Shown here piece by piece: positions 39,631 through 49,469 of a DNA stretch of 64,000 nucleotides. How positions within the stretch are numbered: the stretch's first letter is position 1; every line of letters begins with the position of its first letter. Origin of the DNA: an uncultured Chloroflexia bacterium. Lineage in GTDB: Bacteria > Chloroflexota > Limnocylindria > Limnocylindrales > CSP1-4. A program made the translations under genes and the position numbers. The notes under the pieces were generated by a model that made no database searches, was not told the DNA's origin, and saw nothing but the letters and a program-made list of their open reading frames with translations. The stretch covers positions 924,007 through 988,006 of the forward strand of contig CAVTXK010000001.1 in NCBI GenBank assembly GCA_963738685.1, written 5' to 3'.

Positions 39631-40038
39631 TCATGCCTGCGCACCCTCGGGGGCGGCGGTGGGATCCGCGACGCCCAGGTCGCCCAGCACGTGCTGGAGG
39701 CTGTCGTGGCTGAGCATCGCGCACTTGAGCCGGGCCGGGCTGATCTCGATGCCCAGGAGGTCCAGCAGGTCGTCCGCGCGGATGGCCGCGACCTCCGTGA
39801 GGGGCTTGCCCTTGATCTCGTCGGTCAGCAGGGACGCGCTGGCCTGGCTGATGGCGCAGCCGCGACCGGTGAATGCGACGCGGTCGACGACACCGTCCTT
39901 GACGCCGAGCATCAGCGTGATGCGGTCGCCGCACAGCGGATTGGCGCCCTCGTAGGACGCGTCGGCGTCGTCGATGACGCCGAAGTTGTGGGGCCGCCGG
40001 TAGTGCTCGAGGATGTAGTCGCGGTAGAGGTCGTCCAT
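39631..40038 (-). CDS. sufU: SUF-type Fe-S cluster scaffold SufU/NifU-like
   Basis: LYRDYILEHYRRPHNFG, NPLCGD, GRGCAIS, ARLKCAML. ATG 40038. Confidence 0.9.
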   Translation of the reverse strand: MDDLYRDYILEHYRRPHNFGVIDDADASYEGANPLCGDRITLMLGVKDGVVDRVAFTGRGCAISQASASLLTDEIKGKPLTEVAAIRADDLLDLLGIEISPARLKCAMLSHDSLQHVLGDLGVADPTAAPEGAQA

Positions 40039-40091
40039 GCTCGTTCGAGTGTAGCGCGAATGTCCAATCCCGACCACAGAGGTCGGGATTA

Positions 40092-40190
40092 ACTGGGCCG
40101 CGGGTTGCTCGGGGCTGCGGGCCGCGGGCGTGACCTGGGTCCGGGCCGCGCGTTGCTCGGGTCCGGGCCGGGCCGCGCGCGTGATCGTAG
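40092..40190. repeat. GC-rich ~49-bp tandem repeat (2 units)
   Basis: CTGGGCCGCGGGTTGCTCGGGG...GTGACCTGGGT (40092-40140) is followed by CCGGGCCGCGCGTTGCTCGGGT...GTGATCGTAGG (40141-40190). Confidence 0.6.
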
Positions 40191-40709
40191 GGAGGTTTCG
40201 GGCGGGCTCCGGGATCGGTGCGGGCCTTGCGACGATCGATATTCATCCCATTGCTAAGACTGGCTCACCGCAAGGCATACGGGCCGCATCCGGCGCCCGG
40301 GAACCGTTCCGCCACCACATCCGCGCACGGATCGAGCGTGCCGGCCGCGTCTGAACCGGTCGGCACGGGCGTTGTGCCCAGCGATGCCCGATTCCTAGTC
40401 ATGGCGTGCATCAAGGTCGGCATAGGCGGTCGGATCCTGGGCGCGGCCGTCTCGCGTTCGGCGGCGCGGGCCTGCCGCCGCTTGACGTCGGCATCGCCGA
40501 GGATCGGCGCCCGACGAGCGGCCCGGCCCAGCGTCCCGACCCCGATTCGCCACGCGACGTCGGTACTGATGGGTACCCGCGCTGGTACGAACCGCTCGAC
40601 CGGACCCCGTACACCAGCGGTATGGTCGGGACCCGTGGCCACCCAGCTCGAGCTCCCCCGCTCCATCCAGGTCGATGGCCAGGCATCCAAGCGTGGACTG
40701 ATCCCGCGG

Positions 40710-41903
40710 ATGCCGGCTGGTGAACGGCTGCTCGCGGACGTGGCCGCCTGGTTGGCCGGCGAGTACGCCGATGAGGTACGTCGCGTCCGCCACCATGCGC
40801 GCGGTGACGGCGAGGCGGAGCTCACGGTCTCGCTGCACCCGGCCGCGCCCGATGTACTCCTCACCGCCACCGACGCCGGCCGCGTCACGGTCGTCGCCGA
40901 GACGGCCTCTGCGGGTCCGGGCTACCACCGGTTCGTCGGCCGGGTGATCGAGCGGGTCGGGACGGAGTCGGGCATCGCGTGGACGATCGACGGTGCGGAC
41001 GAGTTCGCCTTCGCCGAGCGGCCCTTCGTCGAGCGGGCGTACCTCGGCTGGCTCGGGCCGACGCTGGCGCAGGCCCGCAATGCTCGGCGCCGCGGCACCT
41101 CCGCGATCCACCTCGGCCTGCCAGAGGGCACGGTCTTCACGTCCGACGCGGCGCTGGTGACCGCCCTCGGACCGCGCGACGACGCCTGGATCGAAGCCGC
41201 CATCGCCGACCCGCGCATCGCGATCGAGATCGCACCGTGGTGGTTCGACGCCACCGATCCGCGCTACCTGCTGAACCGGGCGCTGGTCCTGATGTGGACG
41301 CAGGTCCGCTGGCGTGCGCCGGCGGTCGACGGCGAGGGCGAGCTGCTCGACGACGTCCACCGCATGCTCACGCGCGCCTTCCCGATCGAGCCGGACCTGC
41401 CCTACCCGTGGCGCGACTGGGCCGAGATCGTGTCCTCTCGCGGCATCGACGATGCGATGGCCCGCCAGGTCATCTCCCGCGCCTTCGATAGCCCGCCGAC
41501 GGCGCCGATCGGGTACCGCCGCGACCCGGTCCGGATCAGCCACGAGGGCTGGACCCTCGAGATCCCCGGCGAGTTCGCGGAGCGCCGCACTCCGGATGAG
41601 TGGTGGGGCGGCGGCGCCGGGCGGCGCATCACGCTGGCCGCCGTCCCGACCGGCCCGATGAGCGCCCAGGCGTTCGTCAGCCAGTTCTCGGCCGACCTCG
41701 GCGACGACGCCCTGACCCATCGCGACGGGGAGCTGGTGGGGCGCGCCCGGATCACGACCGACCCGAGCTCGGGCCTCGAGGTCGGCGTGCTGGACGGCTA
41801 CTCGGCGGTGACGGGTTCCGGTGCGGCGATCCGCATCGAGTTCGACGACCCGGCCGACTGGCAGTGGGCCCTCGACATGTGGCGGTCGCTCGCCCCGGGC
41901 TGA
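40710..41903 (+). CDS. hypothetical protein (397 aa from ATG 40710), no family recognised
   Basis: C-terminal 397 codons of ORF 40218..41903 have W/Y/F/D/E-rich, non-biased composition (WWFDATDPRYLLNRALVLMWTQVRW..., DPADWQWALDMWRSL). The antisense ORF 40395..42284 is Arg/Pro/Gly junk. Confidence 0.65.
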   Translation: MPAGERLLADVAAWLAGEYADEVRRVRHHARGDGEAELTVSLHPAAPDVLLTATDAGRVTVVAETASAGPGYHRFVGRVIERVGTESGIAWTIDGADEFAFAERPFVERAYLGWLGPTLAQARNARRRGTSAIHLGLPEGTVFTSDAALVTALGPRDDAWIEAAIADPRIAIEIAPWWFDATDPRYLLNRALVLMWTQVRWRAPAVDGEGELLDDVHRMLTRAFPIEPDLPYPWRDWAEIVSSRGIDDAMARQVISRAFDSPPTAPIGYRRDPVRISHEGWTLEIPGEFAERRTPDEWWGGGAGRRITLAAVPTGPMSAQAFVSQFSADLGDDALTHRDGELVGRARITTDPSSGLEVGVLDGYSAVTGSGAAIRIEFDDPADWQWALDMWRSLAPG

Positions 41904-41946
41904 GCGACACGACTCGGAATGCGTCGAGGGCGCCGCGGCCGGGTGA

Positions 41947-43230
41947 TCAGCCGTTGAAGACGCGCTGGACTTCCTTGAGACCCGCGGCGAGAGCGTCGAT
42001 ATCCGCGGTCGTCGAGTAGACGCTGAACGAAGCCCGTGCCGTCGCGGCCAGGTCGAGGCGCTCGTGGAGCGGCATCGTGCAGTGGTGGCCGGCGCGGACC
42101 GCGATGCCGTAGCGGTCCAGCACCTGGGCCACGTCGTGCGGGTGGATGCCCGGCAGGTTGAACGGCACGACACCGCCGCGCACGTCCGGATCCATCGGCC
42201 CGTAGAGCTCGATGTCGGGCACCTCGCGCGGGAGCACCTCGAGGGCGTACGTGACGAGCTCGCGTTCGTGGGCGCGGACGGCATCCATGCCGATGTCCAT
42301 GAGGTACTCGGCGGCGACGCCGAGTCCGATCGCGTCGCCGACGGCCGGGGTGCCCGCCTCGAACTTCCAGGGGACCTCGTTGAACTCGCTCCGCCGCAGA
42401 TGGACCTCGCGGATCATCTCGCCGCCGGCGAGGAACGGGGGCATCGATTCGAGCAGCTCGCGCCGAGCCCAGAGCGCGCCCGAGCCCATCGGGCCGAGCA
42501 TCTTGTGGCCGCTGAATGCATAGAAGTCGCAGCCGATCGCCTGGACGTCGACCGGTACGTGCGGCACCGCCTGCGCCCCATCGACCAGGACGAGCGCGCC
42601 GGCCGCATGAGCCATCTCGGTCATCTCGCGGACCGGGTTGATCGTCCCGAGCGTGTTGCTGACGTGGGTGAACGCGACGAGCTTCGGCTTGAGCCGGAGC
42701 AGCACCTCGAACACGTCGAGCCGCAGGATTCCCTCGTCGGTGATCGGGATGAACTCGAGGTCGCCGTCCTGCTCCTGGACGAGGAGCTGCCACGGGACGA
42801 GGTTCGCGTGGTGCTCCATCTCGGTCAGGACGATCTGGTCGCCGCGGGCGATATTCCGCCGGCCCCACGAGTACGCCACGAGGTTGATCGCCTCGGTCGC
42901 GTTGCGCGTGTAGACGATCTCGTGGCTGTCCGGGGCGTTGATGAAACGCGCGATCTTGACCCGAGCCTTCTCGTACTCCGCGGTGGCCTTCTCGCCGATC
43001 GTGTAGATGCCGCGATGGACGTTGGCGTTGTACTCGCGGTAGAAGTCGGCGACGGCGTCGATCACGACGCGCGGCTTCTGGCTGGTCGAGGCGGAGTCGA
43101 GGTAGATCAGCGGATGGCCGTTGATCACCTGCTCGAGGATCGGAAAGTCGGCGCGGAGCGCGAGCCGGGTCCAGCGAGGCGCCCGGGACCGCCTCGGCGT
43201 CCGTCGACGGGGAGGCTGCGGCCTCGGCCG
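41947..43230 (-). CDS. sufS: cysteine desulfurase SufS (body intact; N-terminus and start unresolved)
   Basis: LRADFPILEQVINGHPLIYLDSASTSQKP, HRGIY, FSGHKMLGPMGSGAL (PLP Lys), RAGHHC. No canonical start lies just upstream of LRADFP in its frame. Confidence 0.85.
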   Translation of the reverse strand, partial: RPRPQPPRRRTPRRSRAPRWTRLALRADFPILEQVINGHPLIYLDSASTSQKPRVVIDAVADFYREYNANVHRGIYTIGEKATAEYEKARVKIARFINAPDSHEIVYTRNATEAINLVAYSWGRRNIARGDQIVLTEMEHHANLVPWQLLVQEQDGDLEFIPITDEGILRLDVFEVLLRLKPKLVAFTHVSNTLGTINPVREMTEMAHAAGALVLVDGAQAVPHVPVDVQAIGCDFYAFSGHKMLGPMGSGALWARRELLESMPPFLAGGEMIREVHLRRSEFNEVPWKFEAGTPAVGDAIGLGVAAEYLMDIGMDAVRAHERELVTYALEVLPREVPDIELYGPMDPDVRGGVVPFNLPGIHPHDVAQVLDRYGIAVRAGHHCTMPLHERLDLAATARASFSVYSTTADIDALAAGLKEVQRVFNG

Positions 43231-43598
43231 CCGCTGGTGGCTGCCGGCTCGGGGTCGAACGCGACTGTCAGGCCCGTGACGGCACCCGCGTCGTGGGTCA
43301 GTGTCATGGTCCCCTTCTTGCCGGTCGCCTTCCACGCGTACCGCCCGACTACCGTGGATCCGTCGGGCTCCGCGATAGAGAGGATCGCGATCTCGTCATC
43401 CGGCGGCATATCCCGATAGGCGGAATCGATCGCCGGGCGGCCCTCGAACGGGCCGACCGGGATGCCCACGAACTCGAGCCGCGCGTCGTCGCGGAGGGCC
43501 GCGACCATCGGGCCAAAATCGCCGGACCGGACGCCGGCGTTGAAGCGCTCGACGTGGGCCTCGAACAGCCGAGCGCCGGAAGAAGTCTCGATGGCCAC
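43231..43598 (-). CDS. SnoaL/NTF2-like domain protein (C-terminal end unresolved; may read into sufS)
   Basis: ORF 43125..43640: LFEAHVERFNAGVRSGDFGPMVAALRDDARLEFVGIPVGPFEGRPAI...VGRYAWKATGKKGTMTLTHDAGAVTGLTVAF. GTG 43598 lies 17 nt after the sufC stop. Confidence 0.55.
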
Positions 43599-43614
43599 GG
43601 GGTCTTGCGCCCGG

Positions 43615-44523
43615 CTAGCGGGCGGCCTCCACGGGCTCACGGTCGAGGTCGAGCTCCGGGCCCTTGGGGACCAGCAGCGCCTCGTCGGACACGTTCGTCT
43701 CGAGGCCGGCCTCGCGCAGGATCGGGCCGTAGCCCTCCTCCTCGAGCCGCAGCGCGAGGTCCTTGCCGCCGCTCTTGACGATGCGACCCTGGGCCAGGAC
43801 GTGGACGAAGTCGGGCTCGATGTAGTTGAGCAGCCGCTGGTAGTGCGTGATCAGCAGGACGCCGAGGTTCGGGTTGAGCATCGCGTTGACGCCCTCGGCG
43901 ACGATGCGCAGCGCATCGATGTCGAGACCCGAGTCGGTCTCGTCGAGGATCGCCATCTCGGGCTCCAGGACGGCCATCTGGAGCATCTCGAGGCGCTTCT
44001 TCTCGCCGCCCGAGAAGCCCTCGTTGACGTAGCGGCTGGCGAAGCCCTCGTCCATCCGCAGCATCTTCATCTTCTCGCGCATCTTGTTGCGGAAGTCGCG
44101 CATCGAGACGCCGCCCTTGACCGGGTCGGTCGGATCGATGTCGGCGTCCTTGTCGAGGCCCTGGAGCTTCGCGTTGAGGGCGCTCCGGATGAAACTCGCG
44201 ACGGACAGTCCGGGGATGGCCGTGGGGTACTGGAAGGCGAGGAACATCCCGAGGCGCGACCGCTTGTCCGGCGACAGCTTGAGCAGGTCGCGGCCCTTCC
44301 ACATGACCTCGCCGCCGGTGACGGCGTAGGCCGGATGTCCCATCAGCGCGTAGGCGAGGGTCGTCTTGCCCGAGCCGTTGGGGCCCATGATCGCGTGGAC
44401 CTCGCCCTTGCCGACGGTCAGGTCGATCCCCTGGAGGATCTCCTGCTCGGGTTTCGCGGCGGGTGCGACCCGCAGGCCGCGGATGACGAGGTGCTGGTCA
44501 GTCGGCTGGGTCTGGTCGGTCAC
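43615..44523 (-). CDS. sufC: Fe-S cluster assembly ATPase SufC
   Basis: GPNGSGKTTLAYALMGHP, FLAFQYP, NEGFSGGEKKRLEMLQM, AILDETDSGLDIDAL. GTG 44523 overlaps the Rrf2 stop (GTGA). Confidence 0.95.
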   Translation of the reverse strand: MTDQTQPTDQHLVIRGLRVAPAAKPEQEILQGIDLTVGKGEVHAIMGPNGSGKTTLAYALMGHPAYAVTGGEVMWKGRDLLKLSPDKRSRLGMFLAFQYPTAIPGLSVASFIRSALNAKLQGLDKDADIDPTDPVKGGVSMRDFRNKMREKMKMLRMDEGFASRYVNEGFSGGEKKRLEMLQMAVLEPEMAILDETDSGLDIDALRIVAEGVNAMLNPNLGVLLITHYQRLLNYIEPDFVHVLAQGRIVKSGGKDLALRLEEEGYGPILREAGLETNVSDEALLVPKGPELDLDREPVEAAR

Positions 44524-45104
44524 GGTGTGGTCAGGGCTCCTTGCAGGTCGTCGAGGGCGACCACGCGTTGCGGTGCGAGGTCGGCCAGGGTCATCGAATC
44601 GAGGGCCGAGGTGATGGCGTCGCGGACGCGCACCCACAGCAGGTTCACGGTGCAGCGGGACGAGCGGTCGCAGGTCGTCGCGTGCTCGGGATCGTCGCTC
44701 GCGCAGAACATCGGCGCGATCGGGCCTTCGAGTGCGCGCAGGACCTGGCTCATCGTGATGGTCTCGGGAGCACGGGCCAGCTCGTAGCCGCCGTGGGCGC
44801 CGCGGGTGCTGACCACGAGGCCGGCCTCACGCAGGCTCACGACGAGCTGCTCGAGGTAGGCGCGCGGCAGGTCCTCCTCGGCGGCCATCCCGGCGAGGCT
44901 GGCGGGCCCGGTGCCGTAATGGCGGGCGAGCTGGACCATCAGTCGAACGCCGTACTCGCCCTTCGTCGAGAACGAGACGGCGCCGGAGCCGTGGAAGACA
45001 GGCCGCGTGGCGATGGTCGTGACGTCGACGGTCAGGGCGGATTTCCTCGATATCCGAGTGATTCGGTCGGATATGAGTCTATGGCCGACGGCCCGGACCG
45101 TCAA
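44520..45104 (-). CDS. Rrf2 family transcriptional regulator (homology starts at 44978; the only upstream start is TTG 45104)
   Basis: SFSTKGEYGVRLMVQLARHYG...LPRAYLEQLVVSLREAGLVVSTRGAHGGYELAR, with a Cys-containing C-terminus (FCASDDPEHATTCDRSSRC). Confidence 0.8.
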   Translation of the reverse strand: MTVRAVGHRLISDRITRISRKSALTVDVTTIATRPVFHGSGAVSFSTKGEYGVRLMVQLARHYGTGPASLAGMAAEEDLPRAYLEQLVVSLREAGLVVSTRGAHGGYELARAPETITMSQVLRALEGPIAPMFCASDDPEHATTCDRSSRCTVNLLWVRVRDAITSALDSMTLADLAPQRVVALDDLQGALTTP

Positions 45105-46510
45105 CGCGGTGGACCGACGCCGTGACGGCTGACGTGTCGACGGGTTCTGCGTCCTCGTGCACGGGTTCGCCGACGGCCGGGGCTGGCTCGATGTCAGCGA
45201 CGGGTTCGATCGCGAATTCGCGGGCGAGGGCCAGGGTCACGAGGACACCCGTGACCATGGCGCCGATCTGCAGCGCCGCGAAGTCGATCGGGACATCGGG
45301 CACGACGACGGCCTGCGTCAGCCACGTAAGACCGCCGAACCCGCACAGGATGGCTGGGAACAAGGCGACCCTGAGCAGGATCGCCGGGCGGGCGATCGCC
45401 GCGCCGAACCCGAGCATCGCCATGAGTGCGGCGGGTCCGACCGACAGCGCGTCCTCGAATCCCGGGACCGAGGTGATGGAGAGCATCGCCTGACCGAACA
45501 CCGCCGCCGACAAGACCAACCCGAGCCATGCCACACCCGTCGCTGGGCCCCTTCCCCGACGGCGAATGGCCACCAGCGTTGCTGTCAGGAGCGGCAGCCC
45601 GATCAAGGCCACCAGGTCCACGGCGATCGCCGGTCTGGCAAGGGGGCTCGGTGGCCCGCAGTCGACACAGTCGATCAGCCGCGCCGCGAGCGGTCCCATC
45701 AGCAAGGTCGGGACGAGGAGCAGCGAGCCGAGCGCGGCCCAGACGACCGCGCTGGTCGACACCAGCCGTGGGCGGGGCCCCGCAGGCGCCGGAGGCACCG
45801 AGCGCTTCGTCGCGCTCCGTGGTGGTCGGGCGGCGAGGATGAGGTACAGGCCACCCTGGGCGATCGCCGAGATCATCGCCAGGCTCCCGCCGCCGGAAGC
45901 GAGGAGCGGCAGCAGGGCGAACCGACCGATGCCGACCACGGCCAGGACCCATCCGACACCCCACCACCAGGCCACGGCGAGCAGCACGAGACTGACGATG
46001 GCCGGCATCGTGGCGACGACGATCGCCTCGAGCGGTGGCTGGAACCCCATGGTGACGATGGCGCCGACGGAGAAGACCAAGCTCCCGGCGAGGACGGTCA
46101 AGCCGATCCGGTGCAACGGGGTCGCGGACCGGGGCCGGCGTGGCCGGAGGGCTCGGCGCCACGAGGACCGCGACCAGACCCGCGAGCGCGACGGATCCGA
46201 TGAGAAGCGCGGTCGACGTCGTCGGGTTATCGCCGCCCAGGCTGCCCGCGACGACCAGGATGATGGCGACCATCACCGCGATCCCCGCCGCTGCAAGGGC
46301 CATGATCCCTCGGCCGTCCCGTCGGCCGCGCCGGTGGCGAGCCAGGCCCAGGACCAGGACGATGGCCGGCATCGCCACCGCTTGGCTAAGGTACAGCCCG
46401 ATCACATCGGGACTCGCCAAGCCGCTGACCGTCGTGGCGATCAGCACCACGAACAGCGCACCCGGGATGACGACCAGCGCGAGATCCCGGTGGGCGGCGG
46501 ACGCGGTCAT
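45079..46510 (-). pseudogene. large polytopic membrane protein, one +1 frameshift near 46130
   Basis: ORF 45194..46585 (from MTASAAHRDLALVVIPGALFVVLIATTV...) continues in ORF 45079..46116 (...IGLTVLAGSLVFSVGAIV...). More than 10 hydrophobic helices; no family recognised. Confidence 0.55.
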
Positions 46511-46615
46511 CGTCGTCGATGGTCGCACGCGGCCGTAGCGGCCAGGTGACGTGGGTCGCGCGGTGCGGCCAGCCGGGCTCGGCACCGCCGCGCCGTTCGC
46601 CCTACCCTAGCGAGG

Positions 46616-48066
46616 ATGTACGACGAAGCGACGGCGGCCGTCGAGGCGGCCCTGGCGGCGGGCGCGCGGTACGCCGACGCGCGAGTGATGGAGCTCCGGA
46701 CCGAGGCGATGACCGCTCGCAACGGCGTGGTCGAAGGTCTCGAGCGCGCAGGAGCGGGCCGGCATCGGGGTGCGCGCCCTCATCGGCAGCAGCTGGGGCT
46801 TCTTCGCCGTCCCGGACGCCACGACCAGCGGTGGCGCGACGGGCCGGCGAGGCGGCCGCCCGGGTCGCCCGCGCCTCCGGCGCTCGTTCCCGGCAAGGAC
46901 CTCGCGCTCACCCCGCAACCGCCGGTGCAGCGGCCACTGGTCCAGCGAGTGCCTCGAGGATCCGTGGGCGGTCACCCTCGCCGAGAAGGGCGACCTCCTC
47001 GAGAGCACCACGCGCACGATGCAGGACCACGGCGCGGACATCGCCGAGGCGAGCCACCACGTCTGGGACACCCGCAAGTGGACCGTGACGAGCGAGGGCA
47101 CCCGGGTCGACCAGCACATCGTCGAGTGCGGCGCCGGCGATGGAGCGCCACCGCCGTCGGCGAGCCCGAGACCCAGCGCCGCACGTATCCCGGCATCCGC
47201 GGCCAGTACGGCACGCGCGGCTGGGAGCTCGTCCGCGAGCTGGACCTGCCCGGCAACGCGCCGCGGATCGCGGAGGAGGCGCGGCAGCTGCTCACCGCTG
47301 ACGCGTGCCCCGCCCTCGACGCCACCGACCTCATCCTCGGTAGCGAGCAGATGGCGCTCCAGATCCACGAGTCGGTCGGCCACGCCGACGGAGCTCGACC
47401 GGATCCTGGGCTGGGAGGCGGCCTTCGCCGGCACGTCGTGGCTCGACCTGCGACAGCTCGGCTCGCTCCGGTTCGGCAGCGAGCTCATGACGATCACCGC
47501 CGATGCGACGCTCCCCGGCGCCCTCGGCAGCTTCGGCTACGACGACGAGGGCACGCCCGCTCACCCGGTCGACATCGTGCGCGACGGCATCTGGGTCGGC
47601 GCGCTCTCGGGACGCGACAGCGCGGCGCTCGCCGGCCTGGCCACGTCCGGCGGGGCGGTCCGGGCGGACGGCTTCAACCGCCTCCCGATGGTCCGCATGA
47701 CCAACGTCGGGCTGCTCCCCGGCACCGACACCCTCGACGTCGATGATCGCCGCGACCGACGACGGCGTCTTCATGGACACGAACCGCTCGTGGTCGATCG
47801 ACGACAAGCGGCTCAACTTCCAGTTCGGCTGCGAGATCGGCTGGGAGATCAAGGGCGGCAAGCGCGACCCGGATGCTGCGCAACCCGACGTACACCGGCA
47901 TCTGCCCGCGCTTCTGGGGCTCGCTCGACATGCTCGGCGGGCCGGATGAGTGGACGTTCTGGGGCACGCCGAACTGCGGCAAGGGCCAGCCGCAGCAGAT
48001 CGGCCACACCGGCCACCCCGCGGTCCCGGCCGCTTCCGCGGGATCCGGGTCGGGGTGCGCGGATGA
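46616..48066 (+). pseudogene. tldD: TldD family metalloprotease, ten successive +1 frameshifts
   Basis: Frame order 2,0,1,2,0,1,2,0,1,2,0. Segments: MYDEATAAVEAALAAGARYADARV / VRALIGSSWGFFA / ...EDPWAVTLAEKGDLL... / LILGSEQMALQIHESVGHA / ELDRILGWEAAFAGTSW...GSFGYDDEG / MIAATDDGVFMDTNRSWSIDD.RLNFQF / NPTYTG...WGTPNCGKG / RFRGIRVGVRG*. Confidence 0.8.
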
Positions 48067-49469
48067 CCGCAGCCCAGGCGCCGGTGCCCGCACCGGCCCT
48101 CGATCGGCGGTCGGACGCCCAGGCCGTCGCGGATCGCGTGCTGGCGCTCGTCCGCGAGCGCGCAGGTGACGCGGCCGAGGCCGAGGTCACCGGTCCGGCT
48201 CGGGACGGAGCGCCCTGACCCGCTTCGCGACCTCGTTCATCCACCAGAACGTCGCCGAGGAGGCCAGCCACGTCCTCCTGCGGGTCGCGCTCGACGGCCG
48301 GAACGCGGCATCCAGCCTGGATGCACCGACCGACGACGCGACCGCTGACCCGTCTCGTCGACGACGTCGTCGCCGCCGCCCGGATCGTGCCGCTCGATCC
48401 CGATTGGCCGGGCCTCACGCCGCCGACGCCGCTGGGCGACCGGCCGAGGTCGACCACTGGGACGAGGCGACCGCGGCAGACGACCCCGGCGAGCGCGCGC
48501 GGCGGGTCGCGGGCGTTCGTCGATGCGGCCGAGGGCCTCGAGACCGCCGGCTTCTGCTCCACCGACGGCCACCGCCGTCGCGTTCGCGAACAGCGCGGGC
48601 CAGCGGCTGGTGGGCCGCCGGACGACCGCCAACCTCGACGGCATCGCGCGGACCGCCACCGCCGACGGGAGCGGGCGCCACGCGTCGGTGCGGCTCGCCG
48701 ATCTCGACGGCAGCCGACCGGGGCCGCGGCGGCGCGGCGCTCGCGCGATGCGAGCGACCCCACCGACCTCGACCCCGGGCGCTACGAGGTCGTGCTCGGC
48801 CCGCAGTGCGTCGCGAACGTCCTGTCGTTCCTGCTCGTCCACGGCTTCAACGGCCGGGCGATCGAGGAGGGCCGCTCGTTCGCGCGACTCGGCGAGGCGC
48901 AGTTCGACGCATCGATCACGTTGCCGACGACGTGACGGCACCCGCGACCGTCGGCGTGACGTTCGACGTCGAGGGCACGCCGAAGCACCCGCTCGATCTC
49001 GTGCGGGACGGCGTCACGCCGGGGCGTCCTGCACACGCGACGGACGGCCCGGGCGGCGGGCGGCGGGGCCACGAGCACGGGCCATGCGGTCGAGGGCGGG
49101 ACGGCGTGGGGCGCCCTCGGCGCCAACTTCGACCTCGCGGCGGGTGATCGATCCGACGACGAGCTCGTCGCCGGGGTCGAGCGTGGCCTCCTGGTCACGG
49201 ACTTCTGGTACACCCGGATCCTCGACCCGAAGACCCAGGTCGTGACCGGGCTGACCCGCAATGGCGTGTGGCTCGTCGAGGACGGACGGATCGTCCGGCC
49301 GCTGACCAACCTGCGGTTCACGCAGTCGTTCATCGATGCGCTCGGGCCGGGCGCCGTCCGCGCGATCGGTTCAGGACGAGCGCTCATCATCGATGGCTGG
49401 GAGAGCGTGTATCTCGTCCCGAGCCTCCATCTCGCCTCATGGAACTTCACCGGAGGCACTCGCGGATGA
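48063..49469 (+). pseudogene. pmbA: PmbA/TldE family protein, about ten frame changes
   Basis: MTAAQAPVPAPALDRRSDAQAVADRVLALVRE..., LTRFATSFIHQNV, DLDPGRYEVVLGPQCVANVLSFL, TFDVEGTPKHPLDLVRDG, LLVTDFWYTRILDPKTQVVTGLTRNGVWLVEDGRIVRPLTNLRF...SWNFTGG*. ATGA overlaps at both ends. Confidence 0.75.

Noticed and set aside
44520-45104. 42-residue N-terminal extension of the Rrf2 regulator as a novel domain
   Set aside because: The extension exists only because TTG 45104 is the sole canonical start upstream of the Rrf2 homology, which begins at a GTC codon at 44978. A non-canonical start or a hidden indel is more likely than a new domain.
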